Source: Eledone cirrhosa
Lineage: Eukaryota
Reading direction: 5' to 3'
Assembly (NCBI GenBank): GCA_964016885.1
Contig: OZ024741.1
Span: 300,762,001-300,826,000 of the forward strand
DNA: 64,000 bases
Shown here: positions 28,953-40,336 of the stretch, in pieces
Position numbering within the stretch: position 1 is the stretch's first letter
Layout of the letters: every line of letters begins with the position of its first letter
Notes under the pieces: generated by a model
The model's input: the letters and a program-made list of their open reading frames with translations, nothing else
What the model was told of the DNA's origin: nothing
The model's database searches: none
Translations under genes and position numbers: made by a program

Positions 28953-30041
28953 TCATTAATCTGTTTAACATAAAATATTTATCAACATTATAAGGCATTT
29001 GTAGATAAAATAACTACTTGTCAATATTAGTTTATTAGTGGTTAACTTATAATTCATTCTCGGGGTGATTTCCATACGACTATAATACACTTCGCTACTA
29101 TTACGTGTAATACATTCAGTTTTTATATTCGTTTATTTACTACTTCTTCCATTCTACTCATCAGTGTAAAAACACAATTATCATGGCTTATCTGCATAAA
29201 AATAATAACTCATAAATGGGGATCAAAACTATCTCATTTAAGATTAAAATTACACCAACGTGGATTTGATTGTATCACATAATAACTAAGTGTTATTATT
29301 GAGTGGAAAAAGATTGGGCATGAGGATGCGTGAGAATTGAACCTTCAGCTCTTATTTTTGTTTATACCAGCTTGTCCTCTTGCAAACTTCTATTGTATCG
29401 GTTGCAGCTATGGCTTCAAACAGGGTGTATATTTACTTTCGTTAGGACCACACGACTATTTAAATGCATTGCATTCTCCAGAACATAAGATTTTAATTGA
29501 AGGGAAGTTTTTACAAACAAAAACATTATTCTTAGGTTTGTGTCACAGTAGAGTATAACAAATCCGGGATGAAGGATGAAGTTAATGAGATCTAATATCG
29601 TTTGTTTGATTAAATATGTATCCTATAGGTAATTATCGAGACAGAATAATATTAAATGTCATAAGAAACAGTAATCAGTAATATACATTTAATTACATAA
29701 CTCATTTTAAAATACAACTGCCCAGTATATCTGTTCTTGAAAATATAATAACCGAAAAGCTAATTTTAAAACCACTAATATTTTTTACTAATAAGGTAAT
29801 GTAAGAAAATATAGTTATACAAATATATAAATGAATCAAGCACGAATTATAAATTAAAATTTAATGGCTACATTCTTTTGAAATACGACGAAAAGATATA
29901 TATTAATTAGTGTGAGAAGAGAGTTATATTTAGACGATATTATAAAGGATTTGGAAAGAAAAAATTCAAACATCCTTTGTGTGAACAATATTTCAATAGA
30001 TATATAAAATAAGGCAATACGCCAAGAGAGATTGTTCCAAT

Positions 30042-30295
30042 AGCCTCCCCGGTAAAGTCTAAAGTCTATGCTATGTGTCTGGGAAAGTGATGCAGGGAGA
30101 TTGTCGAGTACAAGCCAGCTGATGAACAGTGTGTTTTTCGACCCGCACCCACCACAGCCGACCAGATATTCACATTGCGGCAAGTATTCGAGAAATCGTG
30201 GGAGTATTACCAAGAAATATATTCTTATTCTGTCAACTTCGAAAAGGCATCTGACCGCGTGCCTCTGGTCCTGATGTGGATGGCTGTTCATGAGT
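30042..30295 (+). mobile_element. RTE-clade LINE reverse transcriptase fragment
   Basis: LPGKV...DEQCVFRP...TADQIFTLRQVFEKSWEY...VNFEKASDRVP corresponds to non-LTR RT motifs 1-3 (QxGFR, DQIF, DxxKAYD). Confidence 0.8.
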
Positions 30296-33200
30296 ATGAA
30301 AAAAACTTCCCACCAGGCAATAGATATCGCAACATAATTAACAAAAACGTGATTAAATTATCCTATTTGACTACACCTAACCTCGCATCACACCTAGCAC
30401 GCACGAACATTAGGAAGACTAGGGAAGGTTTCGAAACAATTAAAATGGCAGCTAACCACCAGCAACCGACTACACTGAGAAATAGGCAACATAATAGTAT
30501 CACTGAGCCATGTAATCCTATAGAGGCCCCTAGTGATAATGCTAGTAACCAAAGTTCGGGAGGTACGCTAACTGATCGAACCGGCAGTTGCAATTGTAGG
30601 CGGAGTAGTAACTTTCCCCTAAGGGGGGGGCTTGCCTCATGAAAAACATCGTATATGCATGTGACGTAACATACCCAACTCTACCAAAACATATATAGGA
30701 TCAACGTCCAATACATTTAAAACTAGATATAACGCGCATATGGTTACATTTAGACACGATAGATATAAGAATGCCACTTCACTGGCGGGGTACGTCTCCT
30801 TTTTAAAAAATAATAGTACCCCATACAAAGTTTTTTGGAGGAAGCTTACTAGATCCACGCCATACCGACCGCAGAGCGGGAGTTGTGACCTGTGTTTACT
30901 AGAATGCCATGCCATAATACACTCTAAACTGAACCTGCTTAACAGGAAATCTGAAATTGTCTCCTATTGCCAACACAAAATCCTGAGTTCCTTCTTCTAT
31001 TTTAAACCTAGCACATAGACGTAACATATATTACGCAACCCCCACCTAGATATACCCCTCCTTGACTATAACCCCCCCTGCCCCCCCCCAACCCATAACC
31101 CAGATACATAGGTAGCCTATAGGTGGAACAGTCCCCCACCCGGCTACAGCTTTTGGAGAATAGATTTTGGGACACAAGACAGTGTGGAGTAAATAGAATG
31201 TCATACTCTCATCTAGGTTACACCACTGCTGGATGGCATTTTACCTCAGCCCTCATCTTAAGTTGCGCTGCACGTCCGCCCCGTAATACTGCAGGCTCCC
31301 CTGCGACTCATTCATTTATTTATTTCTCTATGGACCCCCATAAATATGCCTATGTGGGTGCATGTCATCGAATATAGGTGTGTGCACGTGTGTGGGCCTA
31401 TGTGTGTGTGCGTTGGTCTGTCGGGGAACGAGGAGGCGCATGTGTGTGTGCATATGTGTACACTGGCCAGTGCCGCGGCATGATCACATTCTGTGGATCC
31501 AATGTCATATGCTTTATATCTTGTGGATAAACCTCTATCGCTATAATAACCCCTCAGGTTCCGTATAACTTAAATCTCGCTCACCCCCACGTGTCTGTGT
31601 ATATGCATGCGTGTCATGGGGTAGTGATCTATATGTCTGCGTGTAGGTGAATGTGGGCTCGTATGTGTGTGTGTGTGTGTGCGTGAATACATGTGTGTAC
31701 ATGTGTGTGTGCACGCATACATATGGGGGAATATCCACCCATGTGCTAGTGCACCCCAACCTCTGGTACGTATGTGTTTATGCATGCGTACAAATATGGG
31801 TGTGTATGAGTGTGTGTATGTCTGCGCGCATGGCCGTATATAACAATACACCCCAGCCTCTATCATATGTGCGTGTGTATGCGTGTGCGTGTGTGTGTGC
31901 ATGAATATATACATATATGCGTGTTTGAGTGTGTGTGTCGCTGTCCATGTGTACACTTGGACAGATGCGGGAACGTCTGTGGGTGTGCATTCATATACTA
32001 GTTCACCCCAACCTCCACCATAAAACCAGGGCTTCTTCCTCCCTATTCCCTATTGCCTTCCCTGTATGATACAAGTGAAGATCCACTCATGTAATAACAC
32101 ACTATGTATTATATATTATGTATTTGGCTGTGTCGCCGAAAGGTCATTTGGAGGGAACTCTCGGAGAGAGAATTTTTTTTCTGTAGAAGTCTTCTCTATA
32201 TGTGGTGTTTAACATGAATTACTCCTGTAATACTCTTCTTTGAGAGGAGCACGATATGTAAAGTAACATATATGTATTGTCGCAGTGGAAACTGAGAACC
32301 ACCTCCCCTCTTGCTGACCCAAATGTATACTCAAGACCAGAACACCACTTTCCACAATATAAGAGAAGAATGCGGTTGCCGGAATATTGATGACCAAAAC
32401 ATCATATTGGGTCAGCAACGAACTAGGAATATCGGATGCTCCGTCAATGACCGGGTAAGCACAGATAGAATTCTATTTGCATTGAAATATACGAACTTGT
32501 GGATCTGTTGTGGGGTCGAACACAAACACAGACGACCGCACAGATGAGCGATGGGCTATGCCCTATGGGTTGGACTTGCAACTGCATTGAAAGATGTGTA
32601 ACTCTAGTATACATATTATTTATTATTAAGATGTATAAACTTGACACACTTATTATCATCTTATATTCTCTCAACTAATTTCTTTGTGATTATATTTCTC
32701 TCTCCCGTTTTCTCCCCCCATATTTATAATATTGTTATTTAACAAAATCTGTTTTTACATTGTGTTTTTCCCTTTCTGATACTTGCTTATATTTTTTATA
32801 TATCCTCAATATATTTTTTAATATATATATATATATATATTTTTTTTTTATTTTTATTTTTATTTATTTTTTTTTTTTTTTTTTTTTTTTTCATTCTTAT
32901 CCTCCTTATATCTTATTTCATTCTTACTTTTATATCTTATTATAGTGTAATATTCCCTATGCCTTATTATACATTATTAACTATAAATTATTATTATTAT
33001 TATCCCATTTCTAATTACCTCATGTACTTTCTCCTCCGTTATATATATATTATATGCCCTTTGTGTGTGTGTAGTCTCTGCACACCCTCTGCACCCTACT
33101 ATCAATGCCACCCCATCTATGGCTTCACTAACCACTCGATTCCCGAGAATGAATATGACCACAGCTAGTAAACAAGGACCCACACCCCACCCTCCCGCAC

Positions 33201-33393
33201 CTAAATTCGACTTATTGTCCCCTGCTTTTGCTCTTTACTCTCTTTACTCTTTGTTCTTGAATGTTTGGTTGGTAGAGTCCATAACACCAATCAAACCCCT
33301 TCTATAGCTCTGAAGGATCCTACGGTTACGTAAGGAAGAAACATTGTAAGCCAATAAAAAATGGTTGATGTTGTAGTCGCTCTTGTGTTCTTT

Positions 33394-33395
<2 letters not shown>
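30296..33395 (+). mobile_element. 5'-truncated Hydra-like PLE with long 3' region ending in a degenerate HHR
   Basis: FPPGNRYRNIINK...LSY...CNCRRS...IVYACDV...YIGSTSNTFKTRYNAH...CDLCLLE...CQH (to 31018). gct CTGAAGG atcctacg-gtta-cgtaagga a GAAA cattg TA agc lies at 33307-33351, followed by aataaa and (TA)n. Confidence 0.8.
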
Positions 33396-33438
<43 letters not shown>

Positions 33439-33442
<4 letters not shown>

Positions 33443-34310
33443 ATAAACGTGCTGCGGAGTTGCAAATGGGTTACATATGAATAAAGTGGTCCTTCAGCAG
33501 TGATCTTCCAACTAACATCGGTATTTCTTCGCTTTATAGCTCCGGTTGGTGCGAGCGACGGCTCAACGACTTTCTTTAGCCGTTGCTCGCACCAACCGGA
33601 GGTATATGGTTTTTAAAGCGAAGAAATACCGATGATAGTTGGAAGATCACTGATGAAGGACCACTTTATTTATATGTAACCCATTTGCAAGTCCGCAGCA
33701 CGTTTATTCTCATATTTACACATATTTCTTTCCCCCGCTGTGACCCGTCTATTTCGTTCTTACTGCTTCCTCTTTCACTGTATCTTTACCCTCTCTAACA
33801 GTCACTCTCTCTGTTAGCCTCTTCCTCACCCTTCACTCACTCACTCTCTGTTACTACTTCGCCTCCTCCTCCTTCTTCCCGTTAGACCTGTGCGTAATTC
33901 TTTTCTTTCGCACGCTTGGCCAGGCCGGTCGGCATTTTTTCTCTCTCTCGTCTACGATTTCACAGAACTTATGTTTACCGAACTCACGGACTAGACCCCT
34001 TCTTGCTCCCGTTAGACCTGTGCGAAATTCCTTCCTTGCTCTCATTTCAACCAGGTTTGATGGTCTTTATTCTCTCTCGTTCACGATTTCACCGAACTTA
34101 TATTCATGGAAATTTGGGACTTGACTCGTTCTTCCTCACTTTTCGTTGCTTCACCATCTTTGTTTGTTTACACTCTCGCTGTTCCCTTTATTTACATATC
34201 CCAACGACTTTCTTTAGCCGTTGCTCGCACCAACCGGAGGTATATGGTCTTTAAAGCGAAGAAATACCGATGATAGTTGGAAGATCACTGATGAAGGACC
34301 ACTTTATTCA
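33439..34310 (+). mobile_element. ORF-less ~638-nt terminally redundant unit with 5' inversion, between (TA)n tracts
   Basis: 33564-33670 repeats at 34202-34308. 33439-33563 is the reverse complement of ~33578-33711. It contains CTGATGA but no matching GAAA. Confidence 0.65.
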
Positions 34311-34336
34311 AATATATATATATATATATATATATA

Positions 34337-34945
34337 AAATAAAATAAAATAAATAAGTCAAATGTTTAAAATTTGGCTTCGTTTATTACTGCTATATATA
34401 TTTCGGTGACAGCCATCTTTGGCTGTGACCTCTTCAGGCAGTCCCAATTAGTGTGGTAGAGACGAGTACAGATGTTGTTGAGGTGTTTAACTTTCTCAAC
34501 ACTCTGATATGCCCAGTTCCTGGTTGGATTGTTATTTCACTGAGGAACTGGAATTCCAGTTCCTGGTAGGGTTGTTATTTCACTGAGGAACTGGGATTCC
34601 AGTTCCTGTTAGGGTTGTTATTTCACTGAGGAACTGGGATTCCAGTTACTCAGTGAAACAACAACCCAACCAGGAACTGGGAATATCAGAGTATTGACAA
34701 AGTTAAACACCTCAAAAACATGTGTACTCGTCTCTACCACATTAATTCGGACTGCCTGAAGGGTTCACAGCCAAAGATGGCTGTCACCGAAATATGTATA
34801 GCAGTAATAACCGAAGCCAAATTTTAAACATTTGACTTATTTATTTTATTTTATTTTACATTAATCCGGAGTAACCAAACCAACCTGCGCACGTCGTCGA
34901 GTGATCCAATCTGCATACTCAGGTGTTGGTTGTATACCAACACCT
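34337..34945. mobile_element. Solo fold-back pseudo-LTR (same family as 5030-5330) with an HHR in each arm
   Basis: 34337-34550 is inverted at 34645-34858, around three ~38-bp central repeats (gttatttcactgaggaactgg). HHRs lie at 34388-34442 (-, intact CTGAAGA) and 34751-34805 (+, CTGAAGG). Confidence 0.85.
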
Positions 34946-35029
34946 ATATCTATATATATATGCACATGTATATATGTATATATATATACGAATATATATA
35001 TATATACACATGTATATATATATACATAT

Positions 35030-35091
<62 letters not shown>

Positions 35092-35096
<5 letters not shown>

Positions 35097-35620
35097 ATAA
35101 TAATAAATTTGAAGACTAAGATCCAAAGAGGGCTCGATAAGGATAAATATATATCAAATATATAAAACCGTAGAGCAAATATTAAAATAACAGATTAAAG
35201 TTTAAGCGAAGAATCGCTGCTTTCACCCTTAACGGGATCTTCTGAAACTAACAAAGTCAATCTGTAAACGCAGAAGTGGATATTTCAAAAAACGTTGCAA
35301 CCGGAGGAAGACAGGAAGACGATACTTTGGTTCGTGGAAACGTTCCCTAGCAAAGAACGGGAAAAAACGAATATAATACGTCATTAATAGGAGCGGTGAA
35401 AAACAATTACGCGCAAAGACAGAACGACGTTTATGGTATAAAAGAGGTCGTAGACTAATGTTCTCTTAGGTGGTTCATAGAGACGTTCTCTGGCAATGAA
35501 CGAAAAAAACGAAAATAATACGTCATATGTGGAACGTGGAGAACAATTGCACGCAAAGACAAAACCACGTAAATGGTATAGCAGAAATCGTAGACTAAAA
35601 TTCTAACTAGGAGACCGAAT
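35092..35620 (-). repeat. Dispersed repeat terminus (family also at 25318-25425 and 58972-59120) followed by an ~145-bp tandem duplication
   Basis: The copies share gaagac...caaagagg(g/a)ctcgataa and gttaagggtgaaa...ttaaactttaatctgtt, always abutting (TA)n. A gaacg...aatacgtcat...gtagacta unit occurs at ~35354 and ~35498. Confidence 0.65.
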
Positions 35621-36905
35621 GAATCTCCGCTTCAGAGTGAAGAATAAAGTAAATAAATACAATACAGAGGTAATAGAAATTAAATAAATACATACGCGCA
35701 TACAAATACGTACATACACAAGCAGACGCGAAAACACTTAGCATAGGTATACAAAACCACGCACATATAAATATGTGTGTGTGTGCGTGTATACAAATAA
35801 ATAAATAATTAAATAAACGTATATAAATAAATAAATACGTATATAACAAGAGCACACACATACCTACATGTAAATACCAAATGTTCGGAGACGTAAGTCA
35901 ACCAAAACAAGAAGTACACATATACACACACCCTACATACGTACGAACCTGCATACTCACACAGATGGAAAACTCCCGTATACACATAACCAAACCATAT
36001 GTACCAGAATATATAAAATTATACGCCATAACATATACAATCAAATATACGTACGAGAAAGTATACGTACTTTCACAAAACATACAGGTAATATATACTT
36101 ACCTATGCAAATAAGTAATGGTATAAACAAAACATGTACTTAGCTACCACATCAAGACGTAAAATATCCACGTATAGATCGTACTATCCGTTAGGGTATC
36201 ACGTGGGGCTGTAATACAGGATAATTGCACACAGCTTTCCTGTATTACGAACGCGCATGCGCAGAAACTCGGTCACTTCACACAGGCAATACTAGACTGC
36301 GTGCGGGAGTTGTAAGTGAGATAACTGCGAAAGTCCGCAAATTTTTAGGTTGAAAATAAAATAAAAAAATTTTAACATAAAATTACAAAGAATCAGTCCG
36401 GATCCTTGTAGTTATACCATTACTTATTTGCATAGATGTTTGGTGACGTGTGGACAACGTGTGAAAAATTCACTTCTCGTGTTTAGGCAATCACTATTGT
36501 GTAAATAGGACTTGAAATGACTTGACTGCTGTTTCTAGTTGTCGATAACACTATTCACGCCACTGGGACGAAGCTGGTATAATGTGTGTATTTTTAGTTA
36601 CTACAGCACGTGTTACTGGCCAGTCGCTGATTTGAACATAATGCGTAAACGCAGACAGCTGGACTTCTTCCTTGTTGAAAATCAAAGTATCGGCATCGGT
36701 GGTTTACCATTCGATTAAATGTTGAAATATATTTCTTTAATGGAATAGATACAGGGAAGATTAATCATATTATAAGGTATCTATTTTTGAAGTTCTAGTT
36801 AACTTTATTTAGTTACCTACCTAGCTATGTGTACTTACACACGTGTAAAATTTATGCCCTGATTGTTTCATATGTTTATTTATATGTTAATCAATTTCTA
36901 GTTGT

Positions 36906-37138
<233 letters not shown>

Positions 37139-37358
37139 TAATATATATATACATATGTATATATATATAGATAATTTAATATATCTACTAACATAAGCAC
37201 ACAGATGTACGCTAATGCCAGCAAATACACAGGTTATGTCATAGTACCTAGGTGGTTCAATGTAGGAGAATGCAGAACAGTAATATATAAGACGTAAAAT
37301 AAGAAAATTTCTTTAAAAAATTTTTTTTTTTAAATTTACTTACTTACTTAAATTTCCA

Positions 37359-37438
37359 CTCCAACTAATTAGTTTCTGCAATGGGATAAAGATAGTTACG
37401 TAATGAACTGTTGAGAATTTCATTGCGTCATCAGGGAG
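37359..37438 (-). ncRNA. Type I hammerhead ribozyme with large stem II loop, array copy 1
   Basis: Minus strand: ctcc CTGATGA cgcaatg-(37-nt loop)-cattgca GAAA ctaattag TT ggag. Confidence 0.82.
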
Positions 37439-37915
37439 GTCATTCTCAGCCGAGTCTCCAGGCGATGCGCGGACACTGGGGACTCATATAAAAATAATAA
37501 TAATTCGGCAACTGGAACAGCTATCGAGGACTGGATTCCAGCTACTGAAAATTCTCACTGCCACTGATCATATGGCCGATTCTAAAGAATCAATCACGTG
37601 ACACAGAGGCTAGTCAGTAGGAATGGGATGGTAAGATGACAGACGCCTACTAACACCCCCCAAAAAAATTTAGAAGTGGTTTTGGCAGGTTTGCTCGACA
37701 AATCAGTGATTTGGAGGTAAATATAGATAATTTAATATATCTACTAACATAAGCGCACAGATGTACGCTAATGCCAGCAAATACACAGGTTATGTCATAG
37801 TACCTAGGTGGTTCAATGTAGGAGAATGCAGAACAGTAATATATAAGACGTAAAATAAGAAAATTTCTTTAAAAAAATTTTTTTTTTTAAATTTACTTAC
37901 TTACTTAAATTTTCA

Positions 37916-37995
37916 CTCCAACTAATTAGTTTCTGCAATGGGATAAAGACAGTTACGTAATGAACTGTTGAGAATTTCATTGCGTCATCAGGGAG
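37916..37995 (-). ncRNA. Hammerhead ribozyme, array copy 2
   Basis: Same motif with intact core. Confidence 0.82.
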
Positions 37996-38472
37996 GTCAT
38001 TCTCATCCGAGTCTCCAGGCGATGCGCGGACACTGGGGACTCATATAAAAATAATAATAATTCGGCAACTGGAACAGATATCGAGGACTGGATTCCAGCT
38101 ACTGAAAATTCTCACTGCCACTGATCATATGGCCGATTCTAAAGAATCAATCACGTGACACAGAGGCTAGTCAGTAGGAATGGGATGGTAAGTTGACAGA
38201 CGCCTACTAACACCCTCCCAAAAAATTTAGAAGTGGTTTTGGCAGGTTTGATCGACAAATCAGTGATTTGGAGATAAATATAGATAATTTAATATATCTA
38301 CTAACATAAGCGCACAGATGTACGCTAATGCCAGCAAATACACAGGTTATGTCATAGTACCTAGGTGGTTCAATGCAGGAGAATGCAGAACAGTAATATA
38401 TAAGACGTAAAATAAGAAAATTTCTTTAAAAAAATTTTTTTTTTTAAATTTACTTACTTACTTAAATTTTCA

Positions 38473-38552
38473 CTCCAACTAATTAGTTTCTGCAATGGGA
38501 TAAAGACAGGTACGTAATGAACTATTGAGAATTTCATTGCGTTATCAGGGAG
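38473..38552 (-). ncRNA. Hammerhead ribozyme, array copy 3 (core mutated)
   Basis: Same motif but the core reads CTGATAA (G8 to A). Confidence 0.6.
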
Positions 38553-40112
38553 GTCATTCTCAGCCGTCTTATATATTACTGTTCTGCATTCTCCTGCATT
38601 GAACCACCTAGGTACTATGACATAATCTGTGTATTTGCTGGCATTAGCGTACATCTGTGCGCTTATGTTAGTAGATATATTAAATTATCTATATTTATCT
38701 CCAAATCACTGATTTGTCGAGCAAACCTGCCAAAACCACTTCTATATTTTTTTTGGGGGGTGTTAGTAGGCGTCTGTCATCTTACCATCCCATTCCTACT
38801 GACTAGCCTCTGTGTCACGTGATTGATTCTTTAGAATCGGCCATATGATCAGTGGCAGTGAGAATTTTCAGTAGCTGGAATCCAGTCCTCGATAGCTGTT
38901 CCAGTTGCCGAATTATTATTATTTTTATATGAGTCCCCAGTGTCCGCGCATCGCCTGGAGACTCGGCTGAAACCCATGGCCTCCAAATACCTGATACTCA
39001 AAAACTCAGGAATGTCCAGTAGTGCTAAGTTTAATATTCTGATCGCAGATTTGGTACGAGTGTTGAAGAATGTGTCCCGCATGTGCCACCCAACAGAAAT
39101 GGAAAGACACATCCAACACTTCATCAACCGCATGCAGTTCTCTGGTTACAACCAAAGAGACAGAGTTAGAGTATACGAAGGAGCCGTGGAGAAGTATAAG
39201 ACCCTCCTAGAACTGGACATGAAAGGAATTTCCCGATTATACAGTAGCAAATCATGGCATAGCTTAGATAGGGATAGACATAAGATAGGGAAAGCCACCT
39301 CATGGTACGACAACCAGAGATACCAGAGTGTCATGTTTGTGGACGCTACCTCCGGAGGGAAATTAACTAACGAGTGTAGAAAGGCCCTGAGAAAGACCCA
39401 CTTAAAAATTAAGGTGGTAGAAAAGCCAGGAACCACCATAAAATCCCTGATCAGCAAAACCTTTCCTTTTAAGAAAACCCACTGTACCAATAGGAAGTGT
39501 ATCATATGTAAGGTAAACCCCCGGATAAACTGTAAAACTAGAAACGTAGTCTATAGCATAATAGGTACAGAGGGTACATGCAGAAACATGACAACAACAT
39601 ACATAGGTGAGACAGCTCGTAGCATAGGTGAAAGGATAGATCAACATTGGGGGGAACTAAAAGGACGAAAAAACAGGTCAGTACTATACGAACATGCTAG
39701 ATAACAACATGAGGGTAACATAGACAACATAGACATTAGAATAATATCTAAACATAGAAATGACCCAGCAGATAGGCAAATCAGAGAGGCCAGTGAAATA
39801 GAAATTAGAAGGCCAAGACTAAACAGAAAGAATGAATGGAATAACAACAACACCAAAACAAACAACACTGACCTAAGAGAAGTATAAATAAGTAAATTAA
39901 ATAAAATTAATAAATAAATAAATACATACAGAAACACAAGCACATAAAAACACACTAGTCACCCATCACACAGCAAACAAAACACTATACACACACGCAA
40001 ACGCATGCGCAAAGAAGACAAAATAAACAAACAAGCAAATAAATAAATAAATATATAGACAGACTGAATAAAAATGGCGTAGACATATAATACACAGGAG
40101 GAAACAATAACA

Positions 40113-40152
40113 CCACTGACGATTTTGCAGATGTGCAACGAAAGATTTATGA
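40113..40152 (+). ncRNA. Minimal hammerhead ribozyme in Nematis-like pseudo-LTR
   Basis: CTGACGA ttttgca-gatg-tgcaac GAAA gatttat. Homologues at 44222-44260, 48756-48795 (-) and 60718-60760. Confidence 0.7.
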
Positions 40153-40336
40153 TAATCTATATATATGTGTTTGTGTCTATATTGTGTCTGTATTATTTTT
40201 GACCGTCGGTCAGTCAATGGCAACATTGAGGACCGAGTAAGTTAGATTACCGATATAAAAGACACAGAAGCGAGAAGCGAAAACCAACCAAACAGTGAGT
40301 GTGTTCTGTTATTAATTCTGGCAATATTACACAAAT

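Larger units (their letters stand above)
37165..38970 (-). mobile_element. Tandem array of a 556/557-nt ORF-less HHR-bearing unit (2.5 copies) plus an inverted segment 38565-38970
   Basis: Unit starts (atatagataatttaat) are at 37165, 37721 and 38278, and the copies are nearly identical. The inverted block continues the unit from the breakpoint cagccg. Confidence 0.88.

Noticed and set aside
29875-30040. ISVRRELYLDD peptide reminiscent of a HECT-domain start
   Set aside because: Too short, followed by a stop, and lacking the downstream GE.G.D.GG motif.
34510-34650. Short regular repeats resembling a CRISPR array (also 3290-3567, 6354-6655)
   Set aside because: There are no unique spacers, the context is eukaryotic, and no cas genes are present.
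38940-39704. 254-aa ORF as a novel fusion protein
   Set aside because: Its first ten codons come from the inverted array segment with a non-ATG start. The rest is a truncated PLE thumb/endonuclease ending in a premature stop.
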